From Welwitschia mirabilis (taxonomy: Eukaryota): a stretch of DNA of 64,000 nucleotides. Under the pieces are notes generated by a model, which saw only the letters and a program-made list of their open reading frames with translations, was not told the origin of the DNA and did no database searches. Position 1 is the stretch's first letter, and each line of letters opens with the position of its first letter. The stretch is from contig JBOZIK010000001.1 of the NCBI GenBank assembly GCA_051453625.1, positions 31,732,087-31,796,086 of the forward strand, given 5' to 3'. The position numbers and the translations under genes were made by a program. Shown here in pieces: positions 13,480 to 27,900 of this stretch.

Positions 13480-16400
13480 ATTCCATATACATTAGGAACT
13501 AAAAATATTCCCTTAAATTTGATTAAAACATCTAAATTAGACTAAAATGTTCTAAGCCTATTGGTTTTTCTAATTGGTTCTTTAATTTTTTGATAATTCT
13601 CATTCCTTTTTTTCTCCTATAGAATAATGGTGAGAATTTGGTTTTGAATTTCCATGATTACTTTGATATTACCTCATCTACTAAGAGAATCTATAACCTT
13701 ATTTCTCTTACCTTCATAACATAAAATCTCTACATCAAAATCACATAAAAATTTCATCCATATTATTTTTTAAAAGTTTAAGTTTGATTAAGTAAAGATG
13801 TATTTTAGACTCTTATGATTTTTTAAACTTTAAATTTTACATCATAAAGATAATGCTTTCACAACTTAAAAGCACAAATTACTATAGCTAATTCAAGATC
13901 ATGAATAAGATAATTTTGCTTATGAGTTTTAAGTTGTCTTGATTTACAATCTATTACTTTTTTATCCTATTCAAAACTTACTCTAAGACCTTCTCTAAAT
14001 GCATCAAGATAAATAGAAAAGATCTTTGAATCATCTAATACTGCTAAGATTGGAGCATTAGTTCAAAATTCTTTAAAATTATCAAATGATTGTTAACCTT
14101 TTTCTATCTATTAAAAGTCTTTATTTTTTTTAAAATGCTTGTCAATGAAGAAGCTATCTTAGAGAAGTTGAATATGAATCAATAATAATACCCAGTAAGA
14201 ATAATAAAGATTCTAACCTTAGTAATATTTATAGGTATTGGCCATTCCATGATTACTCTCACTTTATCTTGATCAACTGAAATACTTTTCTTAGATACTA
14301 TAAGACTTATAAATTAGATGGATTCCTTTCAAAAAGAGTATTTTTTCATGTTAGCATATATTTGGTGATTTTGTAAAGTTTATAATACTATTCATAAGTG
14401 TTTTTCATGCTCTTCATAAGTCTTGAAATAAATGAGGATATTATCAATAAATATTATAATAAATGAATTAACATGTAGTTGAAAGATGTAATTCATAAGA
14501 CTCATAAATATTATAAGGGCATTAGTTAAAATAAAAGGCATAACAGTGAACTCATAATGCCAATAGTACATTCTAAATGTTTTTAAATAAATATTTTCTT
14601 CCTTAATTTGAACTTAATGATATCCATATTTAAGGTTAATTTTTGAAAATACCTTAGCTTCTTTAAGCTGATTAAAAAGGTTATTTATTCTTGGTAGAAA
14701 ACACTTGTTCTTGAGGGTAACCTTATTCAATTATTTATAATTAACACATAATCTTAGGACTCCATCTTTATTCTTTACAAATAATAGAGGTACTCCTCAT
14801 GCTGATATACTAGGATAAAAAAAAAATTTTGCAAGAGTTGTTCAAGCTAAATTTTAATTCTTTCATTTTTGTAAAAGACATTCTATATGGTGCCTTAGAA
14901 ATTATTTAGATTCCTAGGATTAATTCAATGAAAAGCCTAACTTTTAGAAGTGATGGCATTCTTGGTAATTCTATTGTAAATAAATCAAGATATTTTAGAA
15001 CTGTTAGTATATTGTTTACTAAAGTTTCTCTTTACTTGAAGCTAATTGATTTTAGGTATAGTATATAAACTGATGATCCCTTTTTAATTTTTTATTTCAT
15101 ATGCTTTTTATTAATTAAATTTTTTACTATTAATTTGTAATGACCTTCGAGGGTTAGTCTTTGGGAATAATTCATTATTTCTACTTGATGCTTTTCATAC
15201 TTTATAACTACTCTATTTTATATTAATTAATTGATATTCAAAATATGTCATATTTTTCTAAGTCAATAATAATTAATTGTATCTAAAACTTATCCCCAAT
15301 TATGGATAAAGTACAAATTTAGACCCACCTAGTTAACTTTGGATATGGGTCCATTTGCTAGCCCTATGCATCCCTCAATTGGAGCACAACATAATTTTTC
15401 TCTTACAATAATTCTGGGAGATATGAAGCAATGAGTTATTCCATGATTAAGTAAAACTATTACTCATTTATTATTAAGTAAAGCCTTATGTCCTATCATA
15501 GACCTCTAAAATTACATCCCTTAATTATCTACTACTCCTTAAAGTCACCTTATTAATTAATAAATGCTTTTTAATTCTTTAGGATTTTTTTTGTTATTAT
15601 CTCGGAAGGTCTTTGCTATGTAATGGACATTCTTTTACTTTATGATTTCCATTACATTGGAAGCATTTATCTCCATTATTATGTTAGTTCTCATGCTTAT
15701 ACTGACTAGGAATTTATAGAAATTAGATCTTTAAAGTTAATTACTTACAAAGCTTTAACTAGGGACATTTTAGTTTCTTTTAAATGAACCCTTTTTAGGT
15801 TGATTAAAATTTCTATTTTTGCTATTACTGCTATTGATATTATTTTTACTGAAGTACCAATTCTTATTTTAATAAGATATTTGTGATCAGTTTTCCTTAA
15901 TGATATGCCACCATGGAAGAATTATTTTCTTAATTTGTTATTGTCTATACTAGTTTTGTTTTTCTATCTTTGTTTTTTCTACAACATCTGCTAAATTCTT
16001 ATATTGAAACATAGACATCTAAGTAGCAACAAAAGGAAGAAGACTATTTATAAAAATATTTTCTTTAGCTTCTTCATCTAGATGCATATGTAAGACACAT
16101 CTTAGTAATTCTACAAATTTACACTCATGATATGTTGTAATCACATTATGAACTTGTGTTAAATTATAAAAATCTATAACCTTCTAGTGAGTATAGAACT
16201 TGGTGATATACTTCTCCCTAAAGATGTGTTTGAATTCCCTCCATGAAAGATTTAGATCTTCTAATTTGGTCATTTTCCACTATAAGTTAGCTTCTCCTTG
16301 TAACATATAAATAGCTAAATAAGTCTTTTCATATTTATCACATTCTAAGGTACCTATAACCTTTCTAATATTATTTAGTCATGCTTCTCATTTTAACGGA

Positions 16401-17990
16401 TTTTAACCTCTTATAAAATTTGTTGAATTTAGCTTAATAAAAGTTTACATTAACTTTCTCCTACCTGCTTGCTTAGGTTAATTTACACCATTATTTACTT
16501 ATGGGTTTTGGTTTTGGTTTTCATTTTCTATTTGTGATAGGAATTGAATGAATGCATTTATTAATGCTTCTAGATTAAGGTTAATGATGGTTGATTTTCA
16601 TCATTAGATTGCTAACTCTCTTATGAATAATTTTGATGTTGATTAGTTGGTGCAATAGACATAACCTCAAGGTTTAACTAATGATAAGAAGGAATCTAAA
16701 AGACATGGAAATTATTATCAAATTACATTTGAGAATATAATACATATTATTAGATATTAAACTTAAAAATATTTTTATGCTCTTAGGAAGGATGTCGTTG
16801 TCATTATGAGGTAGTTAAATTATCATTTATACATATTCAAGTTTATTCCCTTTCTTTATTTTAAATAAATAAGATTGATTAGGTCTATAAGTTATAATTA
16901 TATGGTTTTATTTTAAGATTATGTAATCATATAATTATAAGACATTATTTATGTATTTATATTTCTTGCAAAATGTTAAGTTCTCTAAGGAATCGCATAA
17001 GGTCATTATCCTAAACTCTTAGGATAATTGTAATTCTCTTAAGTTATTATTAACCATAGCTATAAAGTAATAGAGTTTTTAAATTCATCACCCTTTTAGG
17101 TTTGTTTAGGAATTTAGAACTATCATGAATATGATTAACACAATGATCATCTAAGGCTTGGGATTATAGTCAAATTTATAAATAACTTAGAATTATCCAT
17201 ATATAATCAACTTGTAGGATTATTAGGATGTTAGGATAATTATTAGTATAATCTTTATAATTATTAGGATAAACATAAATGTGATTTGGTATCCATTTAG
17301 AAAGCATGAATGCAATAGGTATAACTAAATTAATGACTATTGGAAGATATGATTAAATTCATATCTACAATTATCTTGGAATCTAGTATTATAAAGGATA
17401 TAATTGATTTTACTTAAGGTTTAGGATTATTAGGGATATAATGAGCTTTATAGCTGCTAGGAATCAAGGTTATTATTATTACAACTCATCTTTTAATTAT
17501 TACCGAAAAGTGTTATTTAAGACATAATTGGATTTATTTTCTTATAAATTTATAAGTTTTTGACATAGGTATTATTTAAGTTAACTTAGAGCTCTAATAC
17601 AATTATGTGATACCCTAACTTTTATTACCCTAATTAAGCACTATTTTTTTTGTCTTTTTTGTTTTTCCTTATTTAGTATTACTACCTAATGAATATAGCA
17701 GAACCTCAGATTAAATTTAACTTATTTCTTTATCAGCATTTGTATATGCTAAGAAAAAATTCATATTATTATCATATATTTACCTATAATTAATTTCTAG
17801 GTTATTTTGATTTACAAATAATGGTAATATGATGAGGTTATGTATTCTAATTCTTCCTAGTTTTGCATTACATAGAGATATATTTTATATATAGTTGAGG
17901 AGATTTAAACTTATTATAAAACATATATGAATAATTTTGAGAATAATATTATTATAGTGTGTAATTATGTAATAGTTCACATCCTTAATT
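13480..17990 (-). mobile_element. Ty3/gypsy chromovirus (Tekay/Del-like), 3'-truncated: partial 5' LTR, PBS, gag, protease, RT, RNase H
   Basis: Plus strand GCTCTAATACAA (17591-17602, a decayed iMet PBS) followed by LTR end TGTGATACC at 17606. Zinc knuckle KCFQCNGNHKVKECP at about 15620-15670. RT IIIFIDNILIYS at about 14430-14460 and [23 protein letters not shown] at about 14690-14760. Confidence 0.85.
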
Positions 17991-18680
17991 AAATCTTATT
18001 AATCACAAATATTTGTATAGACACACACATTAATATAAATGAGAATTAACCCAAATATCATAATCCATTAAAGGCACTAGGCTCAAAGTAAGAGAATTAA
18101 TTTTAAGAAAATTATTTTTGTATTTTCTATTTAGAATCAAGAAAATAAAAAAACAATGTAAGAAAATAATGCAAAGTAAATATACTAATGTAAATGCAAA
18201 TTAAAACTATTCTAACTGCAATATTTATTTGACTACTAAATCTTTCTATCATAAATATTGATCCTGTATAACCTAGATCAATTAAGGAAACTATCACTAA
18301 TCTTATGAAAAACATACAATGATTAAGCTATAAAATGTAAAATGAAATGCAATGCAAAATCTAAACTATTGATTTCAACCTCAATGAAGGTTTTTCTTAT
18401 GATATATATCAACTATAAAGCTGTCACCAAATTATAACCAACATAAACCATAAGGTAAATGTATAATAAGATATAAAAGAAAATTAGAGTTTTATTAATT
18501 TTAAATCAACATCTTATTACAAAGTAGCAACATCTCAATAGAGGATATAGAGCCCAGACTTCTCTTTGTAATAATGGATGGACCTCCTATCCTTTAATCT
18601 CTTATCATAAGACTTAATAGTGCCAAAGAAGATAAATTTATAGTTAAGGATGAAGGAGCTATTTATTACAATTAAACATC
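17990..18680 (-). repeat. Truncated LTR fragment of the Athila-like family
   Basis: Aligns by eye with 33470-34190, 40900-41560 and 47000-47660 (acacac-tagtatagatggaagtgacccaaat..ccattaaaggca; atcaaccttaacaaagg..cttatga; atggatggacctcct..aagaagata). Confidence 0.75.
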
Positions 18681-18684
18681 CTTC

Positions 18685-21600
18685 CTTTCATTTCAGACTC
18701 TTTAGACAAGTACTCTTGTAAAGCCTTCCTTTCTTCTAGATAATTCCCTATAACTACCATGTCATCCACATATACAGTGAGTATAGTGATTTTATCCTAC
18801 TATTTTTTCAAAAATAAAGTATAATCTAAATTTCTTTAATGGTATTCAAATGCTATCATATACTTTATAAACCTTTCAAACCATACTTGCAAAGACTGTT
18901 TTAGTCTATTTAATGATTTTTATAATCTGCACATGTTTTGACTATGTCTTTTTGAGGCCATGCATCCTAGTAAGAGCTCCACATAAACTTATTCAAATAA
19001 TTCTCGATGAAAAAAGGAATTCTTTAAATCAAATTTTGTAATGGCCAATCTAAGTTTGCTGCTAAGGATAGAAATACCTGAACAATGTTGATTTTATCTA
19101 CAGGTGCAAATGTCTCTATGTAATCAATTCCATAGTATTGGGTATATTTTTTTTAACAAATCTTAATTTAAATCATTTAATCATACCAATTGCTTTGTAC
19201 TTCACAGTGTAAATCCATTGACATACTACTGGATTCATTCCTAGTGGATAATCAATAAGGTCCCAAGTTTTATTCTTTTGCAAGAAGTTCATTTTCTTAT
19301 TCATAGTAGCTTTTTACTTTAAATCGGTTAAGCCTTCCTACATACTATTAGGAATAGATATAGTAGATAATTGATTAAAAAATGACTAATTTTATCTTGA
19401 GAACCTGTAGTTAGACACAAAATAACTCATAGGATATTTAACTTTACTATAAAGTTTAGGTCCATATGTGGGTTTATGAATACCTCTGGTAAGATGTTCT
19501 AGTAGTTTTTCCCTTAGACGCTCAAGTATTAGATTAGGAACACCCTTAATAAATGATTAGTGTGGTATATTAGTGAGGGGATTAGATTCTTTAATTGATG
19601 AATTTTCTTCTTTAATCACTTCTTCAACTTCTAAATAATCATTAACATTATGATCAAAAGCTTTACCACTTATATCTAAATTATTGCCATTGGATTTTTT
19701 AATAATCTAATAATCTAGAGTCTAAATCTACTTCTAGTACTATGCTTGAAATTTAGACTTAGATGAAAAATACATTAAGTCTTCATGAAAAACTACATCC
19801 AATACTATAAACATTCATTNNNNNNNNNNNNNNNNNNNNNNNNNNNNNNNNNNNNNNNNNNNNNNNNNNNNNNNNNNNNNNNNNNNNNNNNNNNNNNNNN
19901 NNNNNNNNNNNNNNNNNNNNNNNNNNNNNNNNNNNNNNNNNNNNNNNNNNNNNNNNNNNNNNNNNNNNNNNNNNNNNNNNNNNNNNNNNNNNNNNNNNNN
20001 NNNNNNNNNNNNNNNNNNNNNNNNNNNNNNNNNNNNNNNNNNNNNNNNNNNNNNNNNNNNNNNNNNNNNNNNNNNNNNNNNNNNNNNNNNNNNNNNNNNN
20101 NNNNNNNNNNNNNNNNNNNNNNNNNNNNNNNNNNNNNNNNNNNNNNNNNNNNNNNNNNNNNNNNNNNNNNNNNNNNNNNNNNNNNNNNNNNNNNNNNNNN
20201 NNNNNNNNNNNNNNNNNNNNNNNNNNNNNNNNNNNNNNNNNNNNNNNNNNNNNNNNNNNNNNNNNNNNNNNNNNNNNNNNNNNNNNNNNNNNNNNNNNNN
20301 NNNNNNNNNNNNNNNNNNNNNNNNNNNNNNNNNNNNNNNNNNNNNNNNNNNNNNNNNNNNNNNNNNNNNNNNNNNNNNNNNNNNNNNNNNNNNNNNNNNN
20401 NNNNNNNNNNNNNNNNNNNNNNNNNNNNNNNNNNNNNNNNNNNNNNNNNNNNNNNNNNNNNNNNNNNNNNNNNNNNNNNNNNNNNNNNNNNNNNNNNNNN
20501 NNNNNNNNNNNNNNNNNNNNNNNNNNNNNNNNNNNNNNNNNNNNNNNNNNNNNNNNNNNNNNNNNNNNNNNNNNNNNNNNNNNNNNNNNNNNNNNNNNNN
20601 NNNNNNNNNNNNNNNNNNNNNNNNNNNNNNNNNNNNNNNNNNNNNNNNNNNNNNNNNNNNNNNNNNNNNNNNNNNNNNNNNNNNNNNNNNNNNNNNNNNN
20701 NNNNNNNNNNNNNNNNNNNNNNNNNNNNNNNNNNNNNNNNNNNNNNNNNNNNNNNNNNNNNNNNNNNNCGATCTTTTTGATGTGGATCATCCTCTAGAAA
20801 AATAGATCTTAGGGCTTGTGAATTTAATTTGTTATGTTGATGCTTATAAATATGTATAAATACTACACAACCAAAGACATGAGAGGTAAATTAGGAATAG
20901 TTAGAGCAAGCATAGGATCGCTGAGAGCCTAGAATGATGTTTGAAAGTTAATAGTTCTTAATGAAGTTTAATTAATTAAATATGATGTAGTGGTGAGTGC
21001 GTTCCCTCAGTAAGACAATGGCATATGAGATTCAATTAGTGAAGCACAAATAACTTCTAGTAAATGTTGATTTTTTCTCTTGGAAACCCCATTTTGTTGG
21101 GGTTTATTAGCATAAGTAGTTTGATTAGTAATTCCATGCACTTTTAAATACTAGTGAAGGTTAGAGTTTTAATACTCTCCTCCATTATATTGCATAGAAC
21201 TTGGATCTATGCATTATACTGAGTTGTAATCATTTTATTAAATTTTTAAATAACAAACTCACTTCACTTTAGACTTAATTAAGAATAGCTAAGTCATTCT
21301 AGTATAATCATCAATAAAAGTCATAAACCAGAGTGGTCCACCCAAAGTTGGGGTTTTGGATGGATCCCAAACATCAAAATGTATAACCATAAAAGGATCA
21401 GTACTTTTATTTAACATTAATAGACATGAAGTTCGATGAATTTTTACAAGTTCACAAATCTTACATCGAAATCTAGAAACATCAAACTTTTCAAATAAAC
21501 TAGAAAATAATTTTTTTAGATAACAAAAGGATGCATAACCAAGACATCGATGCCATATCAAAATTTTATATTTATTCTTCTCTCCCTTATATCTATCCAC

Positions 21601-23444
21601 TTTAAAAACCTAGCATAACTTTTATAACTCTTTGAAATCAAGTCCAAGTGATACAACTTCCCTTGCCTAATATCAAAACCAATAATCTACTTTATTTAGA
21701 TGTCCTTAAGTACACAAATATAGGCCAAAAAATTACAATACAAAATAAGATTATGGTTATTTGGTAAACAAATAAAAGGTTAAAATATAAGAATGCAAAA
21801 ACCAAAACAAAATCTAGATTTAAAGTATTAGTGAGGGTTAAAGAGTCTTCCTTAATAATTGGAGCTTGATTATCATTGATGATATAAAATTTTGGAAGGA
21901 TGATTTAAGATGTGTAATTTGTCTACAATCAAATGTCCTATGATCTATAGCATTAAAATCAATTATTCATTCACTATGAGGAATAGGTGTAGGAATATTA
22001 AAAACCTTACCACCATTATCTGTAGATGTTACTAATGCAAAGGCTCTTTTAGAAACATCAAAATTTGTATTTCTTTAAACAATAGTAGTAGTTTGGATCC
22101 TATTAAATTCTTACTCTAGAAAGCTCGATTATGATTTCACTATTCTAGATATTCCACAAGTTTATATAAATACTCTTTGGTATGTTCAATTAAGTTGCAA
22201 TGGATGCATTTTTAAGTAGACTTATTAACACCATAGGTTGTATTTGGTGGATTTTGAGTCATCATTATAATAGCTTCAAAATTTTTAGGTTATGCCTTTA
22301 GTGTTNNNNNNNNNNNNNNNNNNNNNNNNNNNNNNNNNNNNNNNNNNNNNNNNNNNNNNNNNNNNNNNNNNNNNNNNNNNNNNNNNNNNNNNNNNNNNNN
22401 NNNNNATTCATTTTTTAGTAGACTTATTAACACCATAGGTTGTATTTGGTGGATTTTAAGTCATCATTATAATAGCTTCAAAATTTTTAGGTTATGCCTT
22501 TAGTGTTGCTTAGTGTACTGCCTCTCATCGAATTAATGCATAAAATTCTTTAAGTTCTGAAATGGGTTTCTTACATAAAATTTCTACACAAATTTATTCA
22601 ATATAATCATCCAATCTAGTAAGAAATATGTGCACCATTTGGTGTTTAATAGACTTTTGGTATGTTATAATATCCTCAAGATCTTTCATGACTACTGTAT
22701 CTTGATGGTCTAATTCTCAAAAAACTTCAGTTAATTCTCTATAATATTTAGAAAGATACTTTCCACCTTGTTTGGTACTGAAATCCTTTTGGTTCAAGGA
22801 AAAAAAAAAATTGCAGCTCATCACTTCCATCATAAAGAGATTCTTGATAGAGTGTTCTAAATTTCAAAGGTAGTGGACAACTACAAGTAATACTTCATAA
22901 TTTCTAGATTCATGAACATTAATAGCCATATTTTTACTTTTTGATTCTCAGTGTATCATTTTTCATATTCATCTTTAGATTCTATAGGTGGCTTTATCTT
23001 ACTATAAATATAAGATAGTTTCTCCCTCTTGGCAATATATATCTCCATCAATTGTGGCCAAACATCATAATTAGATTTATTAATAATAATTCTTACATTA
23101 AATACATCTTCAAATTAAAAAATAATAGTAATTAAACTCGTTCTAGATGATTTAGTAATTTTTCCACTCTTTTTTTCTTTTTTCCTTTCTTTTTTTAACA
23201 ACCTTTCAAATTCATGGATTTTGTGCTAGTAATGGCTGTGATACCAAATTAAAGTATCTATACAACACTAATATAGAATCTATTCACTAAAGAACTCCTT
23301 AAAAATTCTTTTATTTGAAAGATATAAAGAGTCGTGACTTATATCTAAATATCACAACTTATGAAAATTAGAGACAAAGAGTCATGACTTATATCCAAAG
23401 GTTGCAACTTACCAAAATTATAAAGAGGAAAAAAACCTTCAATA
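18685..23444 (-). mobile_element. Ty1/copia Ale-like element, truncated within RT; 5' LTR about 23250-23444
   Basis: LTR starts TATTGAAGG (minus) at 23444. PBS TGGTATCACAGC (plus strand gctgtgatacca, 23236-23247). Integrase WHRCLGYASF..CKICELVKIHR..IHFDVWDPS..FIDDYTRMT. RT LTVYVDDM at about 18760-18780; the element ends after LQEYLSKESEMK. Confidence 0.9.
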
Positions 23445-24669
23445 GATACTATAATTTTCAATGTCATATCTGCAGCTATAGATTTTTCAACTTGTGAGTT
23501 GATTCTTATCAAAACAAATTAACAAAATTGAATAAACAACTTTACCAGTGGTAACCAAATGTGATAATGATATAGAAGGACTTGGGAAAAGGTCATTGCG
23601 AATGTTGTAAACATTGGCCATGGGTATGTCTATGTGTAGAACTATCTTAATAAGTAAACTATGGAAGATGTGCACAAAAAATAAATAAAGCTATTTGAGC
23701 ACCATGAAGTGCTCAAAAATCTCAATAGATTCATGGTAGAAATGATAATCTTGGCCAAGAAATTGATGCAAATCTATGAGATGAAACTATGTTTATGCAT
23801 TTCAGGTATCCTTAAAAAAATTAACTTAGAACTCATGGCATAACAAGAGAAACTTAGAAAAATTCCAAAGAATATATATCACCTAGAAGAATCCTATGAA
23901 ATGTATGTTAAACTACTTCATTTTGTCATCAAACTTATACAGTGAATTCTCATCCTGGGTGATATCCAGTTCTTCAAGGATGATCTGATAATGCACTGTA
24001 CTACCTAACTATGCAAAATGTATGATAAATTATTCGATAATCTCTAAAATACAAATTCCCTCAGTAGAGACTTTCTCTCATGGAAATACTTTCTAATGAA
24101 AGAATCTAAGGATGATCATCTATCAAACTTTCTTCCCTAGCTTGTTTTCACATGATTCTATAGGAACTCGTGGACAGTATTTTAGATGACATGAAGGAAC
24201 TGATTTTTAGTACTTGGAAGTACATTGAAAAGATGATCCATTGCATTGCAAAAAGCCATTATGAGGAGTATTTGGTTCTATTAGTAAGAATATAAGGAAT
24301 AGTAGTAGAAATAATTCACAAAAAGAAAAAAAGAATGTCTAGAACAAGTTAAGGAAATACTAGAGATGGAAAAAGGTCTTAGACTTTATGTAGAATTGGA
24401 TGTACGAGAAAACTCAGGCATAGTCTTTAAGTTCTAAGAGAATTTTTCTACAGTGTATTCACAAAGAATGGAAGCCATCAGTTGTGAAAATCAATAAGAT
24501 GGATGAGGTTGATATTGCATTTACATAGTCTCTACAAGTACATCAGCTAAATTCTAAGTATGATATACTGACAAGCATTGCTATGTATTGAGAGGTTATT
24601 ATAGTATTTATGGGTGATAATGCATTGATGGTTTTGTAATTCTCTATAATAAATTTAATTAATTCTGAG
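23445..24669 (+). pseudogene. Dynamin-related protein 4 (DRP4/Mx-like) pseudogene: 3' part of the GTPase domain, middle domain and start of the GED
   Basis: Stitched across about 4 frameshifts: DTIIFNVISAAIDFSTCELI / TTLPVVTKCD (G4 TKxD) / EKVIANVVNIGHGYVYV*N..LFEHHEVLKNLNRFMVEMIILAKKLMQI..KDDLIMHCTT*L..LSNFLP / WKYIEKMI..VKEILEMEK / ..Y*EVI..DNALMVL*FSIINLINSE. This is colinear with the recalled plant DRP4C pattern SIILNVLSATVDFSTCESI..RTLAVVTKAD..EKVTADDVNIGLGYVCVRN..MHCTARL..LPNFLP..VMEIVEMEK..YWKIV..LHLQ.SV.NLVN.E. Confidence 0.88.
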
Positions 24670-24982
24670 TATTGGGTATGCCATCCTCATGCCCAACCCA
24701 ATAGCTGGGTAAATAGAAAGGATTCCAATTTCCATATAAGTCATGACTTTTGGTGTGATGGTAATGGATCTAACAATTAGTATTAGAGCCATGGTTATTG
24801 GCTATTCTTGAGTTTGAATCTCCTTGATGAATTTCTGGTTCATGTGAGTACTTGGCATATGGATCAAGGGGAAGATTATTGGATATGTAGTCCCCATGCC
24901 TAGTCTGATAAGTGGGTAAATATAAAGGGCTCTAATTTCCACCTAAGTCATGGCTTATGGTGTGATGGTAATGGGCCCAAAA
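24670..24982 (+). mobile_element. TRIM (terminal-repeat retrotransposon in miniature), complete structure, 313 bp
   Basis: Two 106-bp LTRs (24670-24775 and 24877-24982; about 24 mismatches by manual count). Decayed iMet PBS TAGTATTAGAGCC (24778-24790), an internal region of about 100 bp, and PPT AAGGGGAAGAT (24866-24876). Confidence 0.88.
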
Positions 24983-27900
24983 AGGTCCAATATTAAGAAG
25001 TTTAACTGATTAATTAATTTTATTCTATGAAAACTTAAGATCCATGTGATCTTACTTCCAAATGGATCACAAAAGGCTCTATTGGACAAGGCTATAAGGC
25101 CAAAGTCCATAACTAATGATTAATGGAAAGAGATGAATATGAAGGTACTTTCCATAATTCAACTTTACCTATCGAATGAAATATTGCAAGAAGTAATGAA
25201 GGAGATCACCATAGATAGCTTATGACTCAAGTTAGAGTCACTGTACATGATGAATAATGTTACTAATCATCTGTTATTAAAGAGCAGACTCAAGGATCTT
25301 TGTCTATAAGAAGGTAACCAATTAAACCTCATATAGATGAGTTTTTCTCAATTGCTATGGATCTGTAGAATATTAATATTATCATTGATAATGAAGATTT
25401 GGATACTAGTATACTTTGTTCACTACCTAAATCATATAAACACTTTAGAGAAACTCTGCTTTATGGTTATGATGAATTATCTATTAAGGATGTTAAGAAT
25501 TCTTTGTTGTAATGTGAATTAATTAATATTCAATTAATTAAAAAGTCTAACGATCCTCTAGTAGAGTATCTAGTAGTGCATGGTATAACTTTTAAAAAGT
25601 ATTCCACTAGTGATAGTAACAAGCAGAAGTTTTGATCTAGGTCTAGATTACATAAGAACCTAATCTATAACTACTACCACAAGAAAGGATACATTAAATC
25701 TAAATGTTGGAAACTTAAAAGGAATGATCAACAACAATAAAATTATGATAAAGATGGTAAAGAAAATTGTGCCGAGGTTAGTATTGCAGATGGTGATAAT
25801 GATGTTCTATGAGTAATTGATGATAGGATCATAAATAGTTCTAAGTGGATTTTAGACTCTAGATGTTATTATTACATGTCCCTATAAAGATATGTTTTCT
25901 ACCTATGAATCTATTAATGATGGAGTGATATTACTGGGTAATAACACACCTTATAAGATCATTAGTAGGGGAACAATTAGAATTAAAATGCATGATGGTG
26001 TGGTGAGGATATTATCAAATGTACATCATATCCTAGATTTAAAGAAGAACCTTATCTCTTTGGGCACCCTTAATGCTAATGAATGCAAGTGCTTAGATAA
26101 AAGTGAAGTGATGAAAGTTTTTAAAGGTGCTCTTATATTGATGAAAGCCAAGAAAGTTGGCACTTTGTATATTTTATAGGGTAGTGTAGTTATAGGATTA
26201 GCTACAGTAATCTTAGCCTTGTCTGATACTAATGTTACTAAGTTATGGCATATGAGGCTAGGGCACATGGGTGAGAAAGGAATGGTTGCATTAAGTAAAA
26301 GAGGTCTACTGTGTGAATAGAGAATTGATTATTTGAAGTTTTGTGAGCACTGTGTTTAGGGAAAGCATAAAAGGATTAGTTTTAGCACTACTACTTATAG
26401 GACCAATGGCACTCTTGACTACATATACTCTGATTTATGAGGTCCTTCAAAAGTTTCTTCTAAGGGAGGTTCTAGATACTTGTTGACATTAATTGATGAT
26501 TACTCCACAAAGGTATGAGTCTTCTTTTTTAAGGATAATAATGATGTTTTTAATATATTTAAGGAGTGGAATATTATGATTAAGAACTGACTGAGAAATA
26601 AATCAAGAGGCTTAGAATTGATAATAGCCTCGATTTCATGGAAGATAAATTTAATAACTTTTGTAAGAAGGAAGAAATTATGAGGTACTATACATGTGCT
26701 GGTAGACCATAGTAGACGAAAGTGGTAAAGCACATGAACAAAACATTAATAGAAAGATCTTAGTGCATGTTGTCTAATGCTAGTTTGGGAAGTATTTTTT
26801 GGGTATAGATAGTTGCTATAACCTATTATTTATTGAGTTGTTTCCTCATACATCCCTTGACTTAAAAATACTAAAATAGGTATGGTTTGGAAAACCTTCT
26901 ATTATTTAATTTTAAAAGTTTTTGGTTATCCAGCCTATGCTTATGTTAATGATTAAAAAATAGAACCTAAAGCTAATAAATGTATTTTTATGGGCTATGG
27001 TATTGTTGTTAAGGGATATAGACTTTACTGTCCTATTTATAAGAAGTTGATCATAAGTAGATATGTTATTTTTGATTAGTCAATTATGTTATCTTTAAAC
27101 AAGGATAGTTCTGCTTCTTATGACTCAAGAACACCATAGATCATCGAGAGACAAGTGGAGTTGGAAGTCACTGTGTCATCTTAACAATTGTCACACACTA
27201 CAGAGCATGATTTGGATGATGTATCATCTAAAATCCAACCACAGGAAGAGCGCTACTCTATTACAAAGGGTAGGCCACATTGATAGATTAAACCACCATA
27301 GAAGTATTTAGACTGTGCATCATATGCTTTATTAATAGCTAATTAGGTGGATGCTACTAATGATCCTAGCTCCTATGATAAATCTATCTCATCTGCTAAT
27401 GCTAGAAGTAGTTAGTTGATTTGTAGGAAGAGATAGAATCCCTTCATAAGAATGGAACATGGGAGTTTGTAAAGGCACCTAAATGGAAGAAGATTTTTGG
27501 AAGTAAATGGGTGTTTATGAAGAAAGAGGCATCCCAAGAGTCCAAGATGCTCATTTCAAAGTAATATTAGTTGCTCAAGAATTTAGCCAAGTGACAAGTG
27601 TTGATTTTCATGATTGTTTCTCACCTATTATGAAGCACTCTTTCATTCATGTATTAGTAGCTCTAGTTGCTATAGATGATGTGAAGTTGGAACAATTATA
27701 TGTGAAGAATATGTTTCTACACTAGAAACTAAAGGAGAAAATCTATATGTAGCAACCAAAGGGTTTGAGATAAAAGGAAAGGAGGGCCATGTTTGCTTAT
27801 TGAAGAAGTCATAGTCTAAAGCAGTCACCTAGATAATGGTATAAGAATTTTCACTCTTTTATAGTCTCTCATGGCTATACTAAAAGTGCATATGATAGTT

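Noticed and set aside
23327-23427. Tandem duplication of about 50 bp (aaagagtc.tgacttatatc..caactta..aaaatta)
   Set aside because: Lies inside the Ale LTR; an ordinary LTR sub-repeat.
24480-24669. Possible 5' LTR of the Tork element, from weak resemblance to 29250-29290
   Set aside because: It translates as the DRP4 GED in frame with the sequence after the TSD. The resemblance is AT-rich coincidence.
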